Source: a virus
Length of the DNA stretch: 64,000 nt
IMG/VR virus record: IMGVR_UViG_3300023179_000035
Span: 32,001-96,000 of that record
Direction: 5' to 3' (one strand)
Shown here: one piece after another, positions 38,350-46,983 of the stretch
Position numbering within the stretch: the stretch's first letter is position 1
Layout of the letters: the number at the start of each line of letters is the position of its first letter
Made by a program: the position numbers and the translations under genes
Notes under the pieces: generated by a model
The model's input: the letters and a program-made list of their open reading frames with translations, nothing else
Databases searched by the model: none
Told to the model about the DNA's origin: nothing

Positions 38350-39531
38350 ATGCGACCCTCTTACTTCTACCCACAGCTCCTCGGAGCTGACCATGGGCTT
38401 GTCGTCGACAGCGACGGCTATAGGTGGTCGTCGCGTCGGCCGCCAGAGTGCTGGGCGGTCCGAGGTGAGACACGGCACGACGAGGACGCTAACAGCCTCG
38501 ACGAGCTGGCCCGCCTAGAGTCCCGTAAGCTCCAGGCGCTGCCGCCGGACCAGTTCGTCTCGTCGCTCAGGACCATCAGTGGGGACCGCCCCATGTGGCG
38601 CTACGCCCTGCCCCAGGCTGCCTATAGGTCTTTCGTCGACAGGCTGGTCAGCGACGCCACGTCCTTCCTGGAGTCGGCCGACACGGGCTACTACTCTGGG
38701 TGCTGGCTGCCGCACCGCAGGGTCTTCTCTTCTATGGCCAGGATGGCCGCCCCTGACCCAGGGCTCTTCTCGGCGGAGACAGACTGGGACGCCTCCTCGT
38801 TTCGTCCTCGAGGCGGCTACTGCGACAGGCTGGTCTACGACAGGTTTGGAACCCGCACGGGCAGGCTGACAGTCGCCTCAGGACCGTCCGTCCTGACCCT
38901 CAGGAAGGACCTCAGAAAATTCCTGAGGTCTCGACGTGGGGATTCCGGCGTCCTGCTGCAGGTGGATTTTTCTGCCCTGGAGGTGAGGCTCCTGGCCGCC
39001 GACGTGTCCAAGCACGTGCCGGTCGGCGACCCGTACCAGGAGCTGGCAGACGAGCTGGGCATGGACAGGCGGTCGGCCAAGCTGGCCCTCATATCCACGA
39101 CCTACGGCTCTTCAGACAGGGGCCTCGCGTCCTCCCTGGGGGTGGACCTGGCCGCCGCCCGGCGCGTCATCGAAGCGATCCACCGCAGCCACGGGGTCGA
39201 GGCCCAGGTCAGTCGCCTCAGGGCAGAGCACAGCCGCCTCGGCTACGTTCGTAACAGGTACGGCCGCAGGGTGGAGACCCCAGACGCCTCTGACGGTCTG
39301 CTCCTCAACTCTTACCTGCAGTCTACAGGGGTGGACGTGGCCCTGTGGGGCTTCTTGCAGGTCATCGACAGGATCCCAGAGGGCCACGGCGCTCCGGTGG
39401 CCCTCATCCACGACGCTATGGTGCTGGACGTGAGCCGCGACCTCGCCGACAGGATAGGGGCCGACCTGTCAGTGACGGTGCCGGGGTACGACGGAAAGTT
39501 CCCTCTTAAAGTCGAGCCTTTGAACGTCTGA
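38350..39531 (+). CDS. Short family A DNA polymerase-like protein (polymerase domain only)
   Basis: TRTGRL, motif A VDFSALEVR, motif B RRSAKLALISTTYG, NSYLQSTGVD and motif C IHDA; 393 aa. Confidence 0.75.
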   Translation: MRPSYFYPQLLGADHGLVVDSDGYRWSSRRPPECWAVRGETRHDEDANSLDELARLESRKLQALPPDQFVSSLRTISGDRPMWRYALPQAAYRSFVDRLVSDATSFLESADTGYYSGCWLPHRRVFSSMARMAAPDPGLFSAETDWDASSFRPRGGYCDRLVYDRFGTRTGRLTVASGPSVLTLRKDLRKFLRSRRGDSGVLLQVDFSALEVRLLAADVSKHVPVGDPYQELADELGMDRRSAKLALISTTYGSSDRGLASSLGVDLAAARRVIEAIHRSHGVEAQVSRLRAEHSRLGYVRNRYGRRVETPDASDGLLLNSYLQSTGVDVALWGFLQVIDRIPEGHGAPVALIHDAMVLDVSRDLADRIGADLSVTVPGYDGKFPLKVEPLNV

Positions 39532-39557
39532 CGTCCGCGGGTGTATAGTCCACCTCC

Positions 39558-40175
39558 ATGGAAGACAAGAACCTGACACCGGAAGAGATCCAGTCAAACT
39601 GGAACAAGTACAGGGCTCTCCTGGAGAAGAACCTAGGAGATAGGTCAGCCGCCGCCTCGGCCATGCTGGACGCCCTAGAGGATAGGCTGGCTATGTGCCC
39701 CGCCTCGGGCCGCAAGGACTTTCACAACGCTTTTCCGGGTGGCCTAGTGGAGCACTCTCTTCGGGTCCTCCGGAACGCCATGACGCTGTCCAGGTCATTT
39801 GGCTGGCAGCTGCCAAAAGACTCCCTCATCATCGGCGCCCTCTTCCATGACCTGGGCAAGGTCGGCAACCAGGACCAGGACTACTACGTCCCACAGGACT
39901 CCGACTGGCACAGGGACAAGCTAGGCGAGGTCTACAAGCACAATAAGGACATCAGGTACATGACAGTCCCCCAGCGCGGGCTGTGGCTGTGCCAGCACTT
40001 TGGGCTGAGGCTGACACACGACGAGTACGCTTCGATCCTCCTCAATGACGGCTGGGTCCTTCAGGAGAACAAGCCGTACTGTCTCAAGGAGCCCCTGCTG
40101 GCCCACGTCATCATGACGGCCGACTACATCGCCACCTGTCAAGAGAAGGGGCTGATGCCGGACAGCAGCGGCTGA
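39558..40175 (+). CDS. HD-domain phosphohydrolase
   Basis: PAS...FHNAFPGGLVEHSLRV, LFHDLGKVG and ADY motifs. Upstream TTGAAC-N-TATAGT promoter-like site. Confidence 0.85.
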   Translation: MEDKNLTPEEIQSNWNKYRALLEKNLGDRSAAASAMLDALEDRLAMCPASGRKDFHNAFPGGLVEHSLRVLRNAMTLSRSFGWQLPKDSLIIGALFHDLGKVGNQDQDYYVPQDSDWHRDKLGEVYKHNKDIRYMTVPQRGLWLCQHFGLRLTHDEYASILLNDGWVLQENKPYCLKEPLLAHVIMTADYIATCQEKGLMPDSSG

Positions 40176-40203
40176 TTCCTAAAGGAATTGCATACTTAGG
40201 AGG

Positions 40204-40407
40204 GTGGACCCACTACGCCGATACATCTCTGAGTGCCTGCAGGACATCTTAGAGTCAGTCACCCTTGACGAGTTCTCTACCGTGGCAGCAGCCACCCCGG
40301 CTGGAAGCGCTGGCTTCCAGCCTGTCCCCCCACTGGGGCTTGGTGTTGAAAAGCCACCGTCAAAGCGTAGGGCTCGGCGTCGTAAGAAGGGCCTCACCAT
40401 CGGATGA
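40204..40407 (+). CDS. Small protein with LRRYISE leader (candidate internal head protein)
   Basis: ATACTTA lies 6 nt upstream of the GTG; LDEFS motif and basic tail. Confidence 0.55.
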   Translation: MDPLRRYISECLQDILESVTLDEFSTVAAATPAGSAGFQPVPPLGLGVEKPPSKRRARRRKKGLTIG

Positions 40408-40534
40408 CGCTAGAAACACTTACCTTGTACAGCCTAAACATCTATTATACCTTCCACAAGTCCTGCGGCCTACTCCACAGGCGACAAACACACACCTACA
40501 CACAACCAACACCCAATAAGAAAAGAGAAAATAC

Positions 40535-41365
40535 ATGGCAATCGACCTAGAAGCAATTAAGCGACGCGTGTCTGAGCTCAACGGCACAGCCAAGAAGGAG
40601 CGCAGCAACATTAACTTTTGGAAGCCGGGCGTCGGCGAGTACCGAGTCAGGATCCTGCCCTCAAAGTTCGCGAGCGAGGGTTCTCCCTTCTCCGAGCTGT
40701 GGTTCTACTACATCGGCAACGAGCGGGGCTTCCTGGCCCCCAACCAGTTCGGCAAGCCTGACCCTGTCAATGAGCTGATTCGTAAGCTCTACGCTAGCGG
40801 CAAGCCGGCTGACAAGGAACAGGCCAAGAAGCTATCGGCCAAGATGCGGTGCTTCGCCCCCGTCGTCGTCCGCGGCGAGGAGGACAAGGGCATCCAGGTC
40901 TGGTCCTTCGGCAAGCAGGTCTACCAGCGCCTCCTGGGGTTCTTCCTCGACTCAGAGATCGGCGACATCACCTCCACGACTGACGGCTTCGACCTTGTCG
41001 TCAAGCTGTCACAGCAGCCGGGCAAGCAGTTCATGGACACGACGGTCGACGCAGCCCGCCGGCCCAGCAAGCTGACAGACAATGATGACATCGCCCAGAA
41101 GTGGGTGGACTCGGTCCCCAACGTCAACGACATCTACAAGGAGAAGTCGACGGAGGAGATCAAGGCGCTCCTCAACTCCTGGCTCAACGGCGACCTCAGC
41201 CCTGAGGCGGCGGCACCCGGTGTCGGAACAGCCAAGGGTCCTTCGAAGGACGATGAGCTGGACAAGCTGGCTGCCGAGGTCTCGGCTGAGAAGGCAACAA
41301 AGCCGGCGGCCAAGGAGACGAAGTCCAAGAAGTCGCTGGACGACGCTTTCGCTGACCTGATGTAA
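40535..41365 (+). CDS. Single-stranded DNA-binding protein (T4 gp32-like)
   Basis: FWKP, VRILP, PVVVRGEE, WSFGK, GDIT...GFDL motifs and an acidic LDDAFADLM tail. Confidence 0.8.
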   Translation: MAIDLEAIKRRVSELNGTAKKERSNINFWKPGVGEYRVRILPSKFASEGSPFSELWFYYIGNERGFLAPNQFGKPDPVNELIRKLYASGKPADKEQAKKLSAKMRCFAPVVVRGEEDKGIQVWSFGKQVYQRLLGFFLDSEIGDITSTTDGFDLVVKLSQQPGKQFMDTTVDAARRPSKLTDNDDIAQKWVDSVPNVNDIYKEKSTEEIKALLNSWLNGDLSPEAAAPGVGTAKGPSKDDELDKLAAEVSAEKATKPAAKETKSKKSLDDAFADLM

Positions 41366-41387
41366 GACAGTTTACTTGTCTGCGCAG

Positions 41388-41426
41388 ACGGGATGGGAGA
41401 ATTTGCTCCCATCCCGTTTGTTTTTT
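41388..41426 (+). terminator. Intrinsic terminator after the SSB gene
   Basis: acgggatgggag-aatttg-ctcccatcccgt followed by ttgtttttt. Confidence 0.85.
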
Positions 41427-41430
41427 CCAC

Positions 41431-41460
41431 TTGTCAAAGGAAATAACGACAGAGTAGGAT
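41431..41460 (+). promoter_or_regulatory. Sigma70-like promoter for the recA operon
   Basis: TTGTCA-N18-TAGGAT, between the SSB terminator and ATG 41470. Confidence 0.5.
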
Positions 41461-41469
41461 GTGACAACC

Positions 41470-42258
41470 ATGGCCAAGAAGCAAGAAGAGATGCAGCAGA
41501 AGAAGACCAAGTCTGAGGCTGACGACATAACGTCAGACCTCATAAAGGACCTCAACAAGCAGTTCCAGTCTCGGGTCGCCTTTAACCTCTCAGAGGACGC
41601 GGCCCCCACCATCGTCAAGCGCTGGATCCCGACCGGGTCGACGCTGTTGGACTACATCGTGTCCAACCGCCGCGACGGCGGCATGCCAGAGGGTCGTATC
41701 ATCGAGATCTCTGGAATGCCTTCTACGGGCAAGTCTCACATCGCCTTCCTGATGGCGAAGAATGTCCAGGCCATGGGCGGCCTCGTCGTCTATGTCGACA
41801 CAGAAAATGCAGTGCCCGTCGACAAGCTGGCAGCCATGGGCATCGACGTCCGCAAGCGCTTCGTCTACTGCGACACGCACTGCACAGAGGAGGTCTTCTC
41901 CATCATCGAGTCGACCATCACAAAGGCCAAGGCGGTCCTCGACAAGGACATCCCGATCCTCGTCGTGTGGGACTCTGTCGCCGCCACTTCGCCGAAGGCA
42001 GAACTGGAGGGCGAGTACGACCAGAACTCTGTGGGTCTCCAGGCCCGAACGATCTCCAAGGGCATGCGTAAGATCACTGGCGTCATTGGCCAGAACAACG
42101 TCACCCTCGTGTGCCTTAACCAACTCCGCTCTGCTATCGGCGTTACCCACGGCGACCCGATGTGTGTTGAACCAGCTTCAACTCGAATTAAGATCCGGTT
42201 CAGGCCAGATAGTCAGTTTGCAAAGCTGCTAGAAAGAAAGGAAAACAATGCTGAATAA
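41470..42258 (+). CDS. recA: RecA N-terminal part fused to a 31-aa N-intein
   Basis: IPTGS..LD, GGMPEGRIIEISGMPSTGKS (Walker A), VVWDSVAA (Walker B), QARTISKGMRK, NQLR..IGV, then GDPM|CVEPAST...*. Confidence 0.92.
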   Translation: MAKKQEEMQQKKTKSEADDITSDLIKDLNKQFQSRVAFNLSEDAAPTIVKRWIPTGSTLLDYIVSNRRDGGMPEGRIIEISGMPSTGKSHIAFLMAKNVQAMGGLVVYVDTENAVPVDKLAAMGIDVRKRFVYCDTHCTEEVFSIIESTITKAKAVLDKDIPILVVWDSVAATSPKAELEGEYDQNSVGLQARTISKGMRKITGVIGQNNVTLVCLNQLRSAIGVTHGDPMCVEPASTRIKIRFRPDSQFAKLLERKENNAE

Positions 42259-42601
42259 TGAATACATCGAAAAAGAAGTGAGTTTCTTAGAGTTGGCTTC
42301 GCTCTTAGGAGTCGAAGATTTCTCTGAAGAGACAGCGATTGACCTTGAGAACATGGGGATTCAAGTCGAATCACCCGCTGGCTTCTCTAGCGTAGATCAA
42401 TTTTACGTCAAGGGCAGGGCTGATGGGTACTCTCTAGGCGACTTGATTGCCAGCGGTGAGCACAGAACACTTGTGAACAACGAGTGGGTAAAGCTGAAGG
42501 ACAATCCTGAAGCCAAGAAATTAGGCAAGAGGATCGACGTCGTCGATATCTCTGTTCCTGATGGAAATGCTTACATCGCTAATGGCCATGTGAATCATAA
42601 T
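42163..42601 (+). mobile_element. Atypically split intein in recA (IntN 42163-42255, IntC 42248-42601)
   Basis: Block A C1-VEPASTRIKI then a stop. A separate overlapping ORF with AAAGGA RBS carries block B (ASGEH), block F (VVDISV) and block G (YIANGHVNHN|S). Confidence 0.85.
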
Positions 42602-42616
42602 TCATCACCGGGTGGT
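42248..42616 (+). CDS. recA: C-intein plus first RecA C-extein residues (SSPGG); exon 1 of the second recA gene piece
   Basis: ...NHN|SSPGG ends at the group I intron 5' splice site (U42616). Unspliced, the frame reads WN* at 42625. Confidence 0.85.
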
Positions 42617-43675
42617 TGGAACTAAGCTTAGCCTCCCGTAAAAAATTCCGTGAATTGCTGGAAACTCCTTAGAGCCTTCTTTGCTACAACGCGGTTGGTA
42701 ACGACGAACGTGAATGCAGAAAAAAAGAAGGATTGGACAATCAGCAGCCAAGCGCCAGAGCGATCTGGTGAAGGTTCAGAGACTAGAATGAGTAATCTTG
42801 CGATGAACTCCGTACCTATTCATCATGCAAGAAGAAAATTCCTCGAGCGCGGAACGACTAGTTGAGTGCAAGGTATGCAGTAAGTCCATGAAAGCAATCA
42901 CAAATTCTCACCTAAAGACGCACGGAATGACCACTAGCGAATATAGGGTCAAATTTCCGCATGCTGCATTTGGTGAGTTTTCTAGATTTGCTGATTGGAG
43001 AAACAGTGAAGAAAATAAGGCACATATGCGCGAGCAGAACAAGCGCATCTTTTCTTCACATGAAATTCGTGAAAAGAGGAAGACCAACCTTTTCAAAGCC
43101 ATGAAGACTGAGGAGTACAAGCAGGCGCTGTCAGCCGCCATGAAAGTGTACGCTCAAACTCCTCTTGGCAAGCAGAGGCTTTCAAATAAGCCTGTCACTG
43201 CAAGAATGAAGCTATCTAACTTTGAAAGGTGGGTCGATCAATTTGGGCTTGATGAGGCTGTAAGACGCCAATTGGATTGGCAGGCCAAGAATGTTTTGCC
43301 TGCTAAATCTCGGCACACAAAGCCTGAATTGATGTTGGCTGATATGCTGCGGTTGATGAACGTTAAGTTTATTGACCAATTCCCTCTTCCGCGGATGTAC
43401 TGCGACTTCTTCCTTCCTGACTACAACATGATTGTTGAGGTTGATGGCGATTATTGGCACGCAAATCCGTCGCTGTTTGCTCCAACTGATCTAATAGGCA
43501 AGAAGAAGACAATGGCACAAGAAATTTGGGCTAGGGATGCAGAAAGAACGAACAAGATCCAATCACTTGGATATAAAGTGATGAGAATTTGGTCGTCTGA
43601 TCTCAAAAAGACAACAGCCCAGCAACTGGTTGAAGATATAGTCCGGCACTGCGAGAAATTGCAGTGATTACACCG
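42617..43675 (+). mobile_element. Group I self-splicing intron in recA
   Basis: P1 pairs exon cgggtggt with gcctcccg (42631-42638), with U.G at the splice site. Core elements gaattgctggaaac, aatcagcagccaag, ttcagagacta (42775-42785) and aagatatagtcc (43633-43644). P9 cactgc..gaaa..gcagtg; terminal G at 43675. Splicing restores SSPGG|NAIPFHSSVR. Confidence 0.92.
42825..43667 (+). CDS. Intron-encoded Vsr/DUF559-like homing endonuclease
   Basis: N-terminal CKVC...HLKTH finger; TKPE, YCDFFLP...VEVDGDYWH and GYKVMRIW motifs; lies between the two P7 strands. Confidence 0.8.
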   Translation: MQEENSSSAERLVECKVCSKSMKAITNSHLKTHGMTTSEYRVKFPHAAFGEFSRFADWRNSEENKAHMREQNKRIFSSHEIREKRKTNLFKAMKTEEYKQALSAAMKVYAQTPLGKQRLSNKPVTARMKLSNFERWVDQFGLDEAVRRQLDWQAKNVLPAKSRHTKPELMLADMLRLMNVKFIDQFPLPRMYCDFFLPDYNMIVEVDGDYWHANPSLFAPTDLIGKKKTMAQEIWARDAERTNKIQSLGYKVMRIWSSDLKKTTAQQLVEDIVRHCEKLQ

Positions 43676-44149
43676 AATGCAATTCCATTTCATTCTTCAG
43701 TTAGAGTCAGGCTAGGCTCTGGCTACCCAGTCAAGGACAAGGCAGGCAACGTCATCGGTATCCACGTCACCGTGTCAGTCAAGAAGAACAAGGTCGCCCT
43801 TCCCTTCCGGAAGTGCGAGTTCGACATCCACTTTGGCCACGGAATCGTCGAGCACGAGTTCTTGTTCGACGAGCTGCGGTCGTGGTGTGACGCGAATGGT
43901 TCAGCCCAGGCGGGTGGTAAGCTAATCTCTATCTCAGGATCTGGCGCCTGGAAGGAGCTGCGAGTGTCGGACTCTAAGACAGGTGAGGTCCTGCAGGAGA
44001 AGAAGTTCTACAAGAGCGAGTTTGGCGACCTGTGGGCGTCTGAAGAGTTCGGTCCTGTGCTTCGAGACCTGGCTGAGAGGGCACTCTGCGTCGACCTATC
44101 TAGCTACAATCCAAACGAGACATCACCGGGAGAGAACGATGACGACTGA
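43676..44149 (+). CDS. recA: RecA C-terminal exon
   Basis: NAIPFHSSVRVRL, VKKNKVALPFRKCEFDIHFGHGI and SGAW motifs. Confidence 0.9.
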   Translation, partial: NAIPFHSSVRVRLGSGYPVKDKAGNVIGIHVTVSVKKNKVALPFRKCEFDIHFGHGIVEHEFLFDELRSWCDANGSAQAGGKLISISGSGAWKELRVSDSKTGEVLQEKKFYKSEFGDLWASEEFGPVLRDLAERALCVDLSSYNPNETSPGENDDD

Positions 44150-44573
44150 CGCCGTGGGCAAGATTCGATTCGTCAAACTAGGCGAGCACCAGCTGCCACC
44201 GCCTTCTAGGTCTACGAGAGGGGCTGCGGGCTATGACCTAATGTCTAGAGAGAAGATGACAGTCTGGCCCGGCCAGCGGAAGCTTGTCCCGACTGGCTAC
44301 GGCCTAGAGATGTCCAGCGAGTTTGAGGCCCAGGTCAGGCCCCGATCAGGCCTGGCCCTGAAACACGGCGTTACAGTGCTCAACTCGCCTGGTACCATTG
44401 ACAGCGACTACAAACTTGAGGTCGGCGTCGTCCTCATCAACCACGGGGAGCGAGAGTTTAATATCAACATAGGCGACAGGGTGGCGCAGCTCGTCTTCTC
44501 AAATGTCGCCTACACTGAGGACTTGGTCGAAGCAGCGGCCCGAGACGGTGGCTTTGGATCGACAGGGTCCTGA
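44139..44573 (+). CDS. dut: Trimeric dUTPase
   Basis: AAGYDL, RPRSGLA, GTIDSDY, GDRVAQL and RDGGFGSTG motifs. Confidence 0.95.
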   Translation: MTTDAVGKIRFVKLGEHQLPPPSRSTRGAAGYDLMSREKMTVWPGQRKLVPTGYGLEMSSEFEAQVRPRSGLALKHGVTVLNSPGTIDSDYKLEVGVVLINHGEREFNINIGDRVAQLVFSNVAYTEDLVEAAARDGGFGSTGS

Positions 44574-45523
44574 TGGTAGACCACCCTATCGTAGTCGTCG
44601 ATTCGCAGAACGCCTTCATAAGGGCCTATGAAGCTTGCCCTGACATGAGCCCAAATGGGTACCAGATCGGAGGAACTCTAGGATTCCTCAGGTCCGTGCG
44701 GCGCCTCTGTACAGAGATCCAGCCTTCAGAGCTGTACCTCGTCTGGGAGAGCGGCGGCTCGCCTCGGCGTCGAGCCCTCTTCAAGGAGTACAAAGAGAGC
44801 CGCAGGCCGGGCAAGCTAAATCGATTCTACGAAGACGACATCCCTGACACTGCCGACAACCGACAGCACCAGCTCGTGTCGCTGGTCGGCCTGCTAAAGA
44901 ACCTGCCGATCAAGCAGCTGTACGTACCTGACTGCGAAGGCGACGACGTGATAGCGTACCTGTGCCGAGGGCCGTTCCTCGGCCGCGACAAGGTCATCGC
45001 TTCCTCGGACAAGGACATGTACCAGCTGATCGACGACACCACCCAAGTCTACTCCTTTCACAGGAAAAAAAGGGTGCTGCCAGAGGACATCGCGGAGGAG
45101 TTCAGGATATCAGCCAGGAACTTCGCCCTGGCCAAGTCAGTCTGCGGCGACCCTTCTGACAACATACCCGGCGTCGAGGGGATCGGCTTCAAGACGCTAG
45201 CCAACAAGTTTCCGATCCTCGGCACAGACAACGACGTCCTCTTGCAGGACATCTACGACTACGCGGCGTCGCACGTCAAGGAGTCCGTCACCTACAGGCG
45301 AGTCCTGGAGAACCGCGACCTAATCGATCGCAATTGGAGGCTGGTCTACCTGGACTCTTCTTCTCTCTCCCCTGACCAGGCGAAGCGTATTGACGTCCAG
45401 CTTAGTACATCCCCACCCCCTGGCAATAAGTTCGGTCTCATCAAAGGACTCGTGGCAGAGGGCATAGGGGACTTTGATGTTGAGGGTCTCTTCTACTCGC
45501 TTACCTGTCTCCAGGCACGATAA
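44573..45523 (+). CDS. 5'-3' exonuclease / flap endonuclease (T4 RNase H / PolI N-terminal-like)
   Basis: VVDSQN, YKESR, EGDDVIA, SSDKDMYQL and GDPSDNIPGVEGIGFKT motifs. Confidence 0.9.
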   Translation: MVDHPIVVVDSQNAFIRAYEACPDMSPNGYQIGGTLGFLRSVRRLCTEIQPSELYLVWESGGSPRRRALFKEYKESRRPGKLNRFYEDDIPDTADNRQHQLVSLVGLLKNLPIKQLYVPDCEGDDVIAYLCRGPFLGRDKVIASSDKDMYQLIDDTTQVYSFHRKKRVLPEDIAEEFRISARNFALAKSVCGDPSDNIPGVEGIGFKTLANKFPILGTDNDVLLQDIYDYAASHVKESVTYRRVLENRDLIDRNWRLVYLDSSSLSPDQAKRIDVQLSTSPPPGNKFGLIKGLVAEGIGDFDVEGLFYSLTCLQAR

Positions 45524-45530
45524 GGAAAAA

Positions 45531-46976
45531 ATGCACGACAACGAGACGCAGTCTTTGGCGGCGAAGCCAACATTTAGCACCTACGGAAAGCACTTTCAAG
45601 AGTGCGTCATGGCGGGTCTGCTGCTGGACCAAAAGTGGTCCGAGCAGATGATGGAGGTATTTGATACCGATTACTTCGACCTGAAGTACCTGCGGTTCCT
45701 GGCCGAGAAGTACTTTGCCTACTCTCGAAAATACAAGGTCTTTCCAACCCTCCAGCTCCTTGTCACCATCATCAAGGATGACCTGAAAACGGGCTCCGAC
45801 GCTCTCATTCGTGACCAGATCATCGACTACCTGACTCGGATGCGCGCCAACCCGCCGATCAATGACCTGCAGTACACGAAGGACAAGTCTCTTGAGTTCT
45901 GTAGGAAGCAAGCCCTGAAGCAGGCGCTGGAGTCAGCCGTCGACCAGATGCAGGCTGAGAAGTACGAGTCGATCGTTGAGACAATCAAGAAGGCTGTGTC
46001 GGTCGGCACGACCCCCTCCGTTGGCCACGATTTTTTCAACGAGATGGACGCTAGGTTCACAAGGCTGAAGCGCGACACAATTCCCACAGGTCTTGCAGAG
46101 CTGGACAAGAAGGACATCCTCAACGGCGGGTCTGGAAAGGGAGAGCTGTTGTGCTGCGTCGGCGCTTCCGGTGCAGGCAAGAGTCACTTCCTGACGATGA
46201 TCGGTGCCAACGCCCTGCGTGAGGGGAAGAAAGTACTGCACTACACATTAGAGCTATCCGAGACGGCTGTCGGTATTCGGTACGATTCGAACCTATGCAA
46301 CATCGATTCATCAGACGTGATGGATCGTAAGGATGATGTTATTGCCGAGTACCAGAAGATGAAGCTCGGTCGCCTCTACATCAAGGAGTACCCGACCAAC
46401 ACAGCCTCTATCCATACGATTAGAGCACACTTGGAACGGTTGAGCCTGAAAGGTTTTGTGCCTGACATTATTGTTATCGACTACGCAGACATCATGAGGT
46501 CCACGAGGCAGTTCGACTCCCTCCGCCACGAGCTGAAGCTGGTCTACGAGGAGCTACGAGGACTTGCTATGGAGATCAAGGTCCCCATCTGGACAGCTTC
46601 CCAGTCCAACAAGGAAGGTGCTAACTCTGACGTCATTGACATGACCAACATGTCTGAAGCCTACGGCAAGGCAATGATCTGTGACTTCATCGTCTCAATC
46701 TCCCGTAAGACCCATGAGAAGTCGACGGGCTGGGGTCGCCTCTACGTAGCCAAGAACAGGGCCGGCCGCGACGGCCTAGTCTATCCGATCCAGATTAACA
46801 CAGCCCAGTCCAGGTTTACGATCGCAGGGGCGTCAGCCGCCCCGGAAGAAATCGCAGTTGACAGCGAGAACGAGATGAAGAAGGCCATCCGCGAGAAGTG
46901 GAAAGAGCTGCAAAAAGAGGTTAACTTTGTAGCACAGGAAAAATCTGTTATCACCAAGACAGGAACGGATAGTTAA
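45531..46976 (+). CDS. DnaB-like replicative helicase (gp41-like)
   Basis: GASGAGKS, TLEL, IVIDYAD, WTASQSN and AKNRAG motifs; AAGGA RBS before ATG 45531. Confidence 0.9.
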   Translation: MHDNETQSLAAKPTFSTYGKHFQECVMAGLLLDQKWSEQMMEVFDTDYFDLKYLRFLAEKYFAYSRKYKVFPTLQLLVTIIKDDLKTGSDALIRDQIIDYLTRMRANPPINDLQYTKDKSLEFCRKQALKQALESAVDQMQAEKYESIVETIKKAVSVGTTPSVGHDFFNEMDARFTRLKRDTIPTGLAELDKKDILNGGSGKGELLCCVGASGAGKSHFLTMIGANALREGKKVLHYTLELSETAVGIRYDSNLCNIDSSDVMDRKDDVIAEYQKMKLGRLYIKEYPTNTASIHTIRAHLERLSLKGFVPDIIVIDYADIMRSTRQFDSLRHELKLVYEELRGLAMEIKVPIWTASQSNKEGANSDVIDMTNMSEAYGKAMICDFIVSISRKTHEKSTGWGRLYVAKNRAGRDGLVYPIQINTAQSRFTIAGASAAPEEIAVDSENEMKKAIREKWKELQKEVNFVAQEKSVITKTGTDS

Positions 46977-46983
46977 GGGACCC

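Noticed and set aside
42240-42260. recA intein split as a mere sequencing frameshift
   Set aside because: IntC has its own RBS and ATG, and IntN has a charged tail as in atypically split inteins. Considered unlikely, but not excluded without reads.
42650-42865. 71-aa ORF MNCWKLL...
   Set aside because: It overlays the conserved group I intron core (gaattgctggaaac, aatcagcag, tcagagacta), so it is structural RNA rather than a gene.
43664-43675. GTG start for a stand-alone RecA C-terminal protein
   Set aside because: These 12 nt are the intron 3' end; splicing at G43675 restores the RecA motif exactly.
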